DNA from: Dicyema japonicum
Taxonomy: Eukaryota > Animalia > Dicyemida
Direction: 5' to 3'
DNA length: 64,000 nucleotides
Assembly: GCA_011109175.1 (NCBI GenBank)
Contig: RDEW01000001.1
Coordinates: 1,922,332 to 1,986,331 of the forward strand
Within the stretch, counting starts at the first letter, position 1, and each line of letters opens with the position of its first letter. Below are positions 61,121 through 64,000 of the stretch, piece by piece. Under the pieces are notes generated by a model, which did not search any database, was not told where the DNA came from, and saw only the letters and a list, made by a program, of their open reading frames with translations. The position numbers were made by a program, and so were the translations under genes.

Positions 61121-64000
61121 TCGGCAATGCATCATTTGAAATTAATCAAATAAATTAGAAAAGAACAAAATTTTTAATTTAGTATCAATATATAAAATCC
61201 AAATAATTGTCATGAATGGTTGTACTCGAAAATGTAAGAAAATGATCGATGATAATTCTTGCATTTGTAATAAACCCTCCAATGAAATGAGGATTTATTT
61301 TATAATTTTTGAGAAACGTCTTTTGCACTTTATGCTGTTTCCTGATGGACTTTTTTTCTGTATAAGTGGAAACAGAATACATTTAATTAGTTGATTACTT
61401 CACTTTATATTCAGTGTATCAGGGGTTAATAAATTTATTTTTGTGAAACTTTTAAGTTTTTACTTTATTTTTTGAAAACTCCTAGACCACAAAAAAAAGA
61501 ATGGCTAAACCCACTAATTAGGCCATCTCTGTCTCCAATAGCACCCGACGTACACTTGAATGTTCCACCAGCGACTGATCTTCATACGGAAGTGCATTCT
61601 TTTATGTCTGCAGAAGAATTCTATCCGGGTGCACTTCTTTAAGGTCAATTCCAGCATGAGTCACCCTTTCTCTAAATCAGTATCCTGGCTCTTGAAAAAA
61701 CGTTGTAACCCCAGGCCATTTCTCGGATGGGAGAACTGTCAACATGCATGAGCTAACTGGTGGTAGGATTTCTTTAAGTTAATTTTTCTTTTGAAATCCC
61801 CTATCAAAGGTGTGTCAAACATGCGGTTCTCGAAAAGCATAGATAAGGATTTAATGGCTATAAAAAACAAAAAAAATCATTTTTTACTTTTAATAAAATT
61901 TTTTCAACAATGTTGGATGACAAGGAGGGGCGATGCACGTGGCATCCAAAACCAATGGCTTCCCCTTCTCGAACGTTAAAATTGTAATTTTGACCGGCCG
62001 TTTTCCGTCTCCTCTGTTAAAGTTAGGTTAGGGATAGGCAACACCATGAAGGTGATCACTTGGCGCAGGCATCAGGGCTCAGCTAAAAAGCCCTCATCAC
62101 ACTCAATCTTTGCAAAGTCCGTTTCTTAACAAGGACAGTGTGCTCCTGGAAATTACACTTGCTACAGTTGAAAGTTACTTCAAGGTACGTTATCCGCCAA
62201 TAGAATGTCACTCTAGATCAAAGGTTTCCATACTTTTTCACACGCCTCCTTTAGAAAAAATGTACAGTTTTGTGCATCCTTTTATATTCTAAATGTATTT
62301 TTGACAGAAACAATTTCTAGCAAAAAAAAAGTTAGTAAATGAACTGCTTTTGTCTTTGGAGTCGAATTGATTATATTCAAATTATTTTGACTATTTGAGC
62401 TACCATCTTCATTATTCGTCAATTTTCTTTTACAACCACTCGAAAAATTTATCCATGCTATTGACCAATTTAAATTAAATTTATTTTTTAAAAATATAAT
62501 TTTTAAATTAATAACTATTGTTATTTCATATAATCACGATTTTTATGTAAATTTAATTTTACAAAAAAATATTTCTGATAAGCTTTTAGCGCCTGAGTTG
62601 AGTCCTCTGCTATCACACTTGCTTATAATTTCATCAACTGCGCCTTGCATCCTTGACAAGCCACATCTGGACTCTACTAGTGATCCCAGAGTACTATGTC
62701 AGCAGCATAGACTAGTCATTTTTTTTACATTGACTTGGTCAGGGAGCGTTGACATGCATAAATTAAAAAGAGTAAGGCGCATCATCGCCCTTGTCGAACT
62801 CCAAGTTAGATCTTAACTTCTAGATCGACAGTGCCTAAATGTAGTCATCTGGTCTTCCAAAAAAGTGGAGATCCAACTTTTCAACTTCAAGGGAATTCCT
62901 CTTCGACCGTTGTGTCAGACCGAATCGAACGCCCTTTCCAAATCAAATACAGTGCAAGTGTCACTTATTCATCTTCGGATCTGAGAGATCAACTTCCAAA
63001 GGCAACCACAGAATCGCCCCTAATGAAATCTCAACTGAAAATCCGAGAGGATGTCTTTTATGATACATTTTTAGGCTAACCTCTGGTTCTTCAATCTAAG
63101 ATTTTAGCAAAGGCCGGTAGCAGGCTAATAGGGCGATAGCTACTAGGGTTTTCTGTATTTTTTCCTGGTTTTCTCAAAAAACGAGAACGGCCTCTTTCCA
63201 ACGTCTAGGAACGAAACCTGATGCTACCGTTATACAGTTTTACCAGTTTTTCAGTATACTTACAGGCATGTGTTTGAAAAAACCCATGGAGATCTTGTCT
63301 TGCCTGAAGAGTTGTTCTTAAAAATTCGATTAGCAGATAGGGCCTTTTCCATTGCTATCATCTGGAAAGGAGCGCTCGAGGCTTTTAAAAGCATCTATCG
63401 ATTATTATATTGTTTTTGATTTAGAAAATAAAAAATAAAAACGCACAGTCTGCGTCTCTCCGAAGAGATAACATCTTGCACGCACGGAAGGGCAAACCTC
63501 TTGAAAAATTTACTTGAACGAACTATCTAGATGAAACTTATACCTGAGCGAATGTCTTCACGATTTCGCCTGGGTCCGATGTTTTAGAGTCATCCAACAC
63601 GAATCTTAACCTTTACCCGACAGGCACTTCAGATGCTTCCAAAAGTCCTGCCATGTGGGTTCACCCTCTTAGGCCCTCTTCACCTATCACTATCAAGCTC
63701 CACAAAACCCTTATTTATCTCCAGTTGGAAATAGTTGATTTTCCTCTTGTTGTAATTAAGATTATCCTCGTACCTACAAATTGACAGCAAGCCTTTTTCT
63801 AAGTATTAATTTACTCATAATTATGCATGAAATGCGCGCGACTTTTTCCATACGGACGGAATCGAATTTTGTCCGTATTCGTAAAGGATGTCACTGAGAG
63901 AAGCATCCATTTTATCGTAGTCTGCTTCACTACAAATTTTTTCTTTAAGAGAAGGTAGTATTCTATCCACGAACTTCTTAAGATTATTCCAGTTGTCAGA

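Noticed and set aside
62110-62460. 'MDKF..KRK'-like start suggesting another hAT transposase on the minus strand
   Set aside because: Too decayed; no catalytic motifs or TIR found.

Overview
AT-rich eukaryotic (animal) genomic DNA read with the standard genetic code. Once very short introns (mostly 20-27 nt, GT..AG) are spliced out by hand, seven conserved genes emerge: KDM1A/LSD1 (partial), ANKLE2, NUP205, MLH1, an SLC17-family anion transporter, a TTC37/SKI3-like TPR gene and a KIAA0930/DUF2045 homologue. An eighth gene encodes a divergent LAMP-like type I membrane protein that the ORF track largely misses. Many micro-introns sit at positions matching vertebrate orthologues. They have almost no 5' splice-site consensus beyond GT and carry an A about 7 nt from the 3' end. 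This architecture is what is known for dicyemid mesozoans; the taxon is an inference. Intergenic space is filled with decayed mobile DNA: Jockey/I-like APE-RT LINEs, RTE-like LINEs, CRE-like and R4/NeSL-like RLE retrotransposons, two hAT remnants, an IS630/Tc1-like transposase, pogo-type MITE ends, a tRNA-derived SINE (4 copies) and an interstitial telomere-like tract. Scattered single-base deletions suggest imperfect long-read polishing. All homology calls come from remembered motifs, not database searches. No prokaryote-type system (CRISPR etc.) is present.
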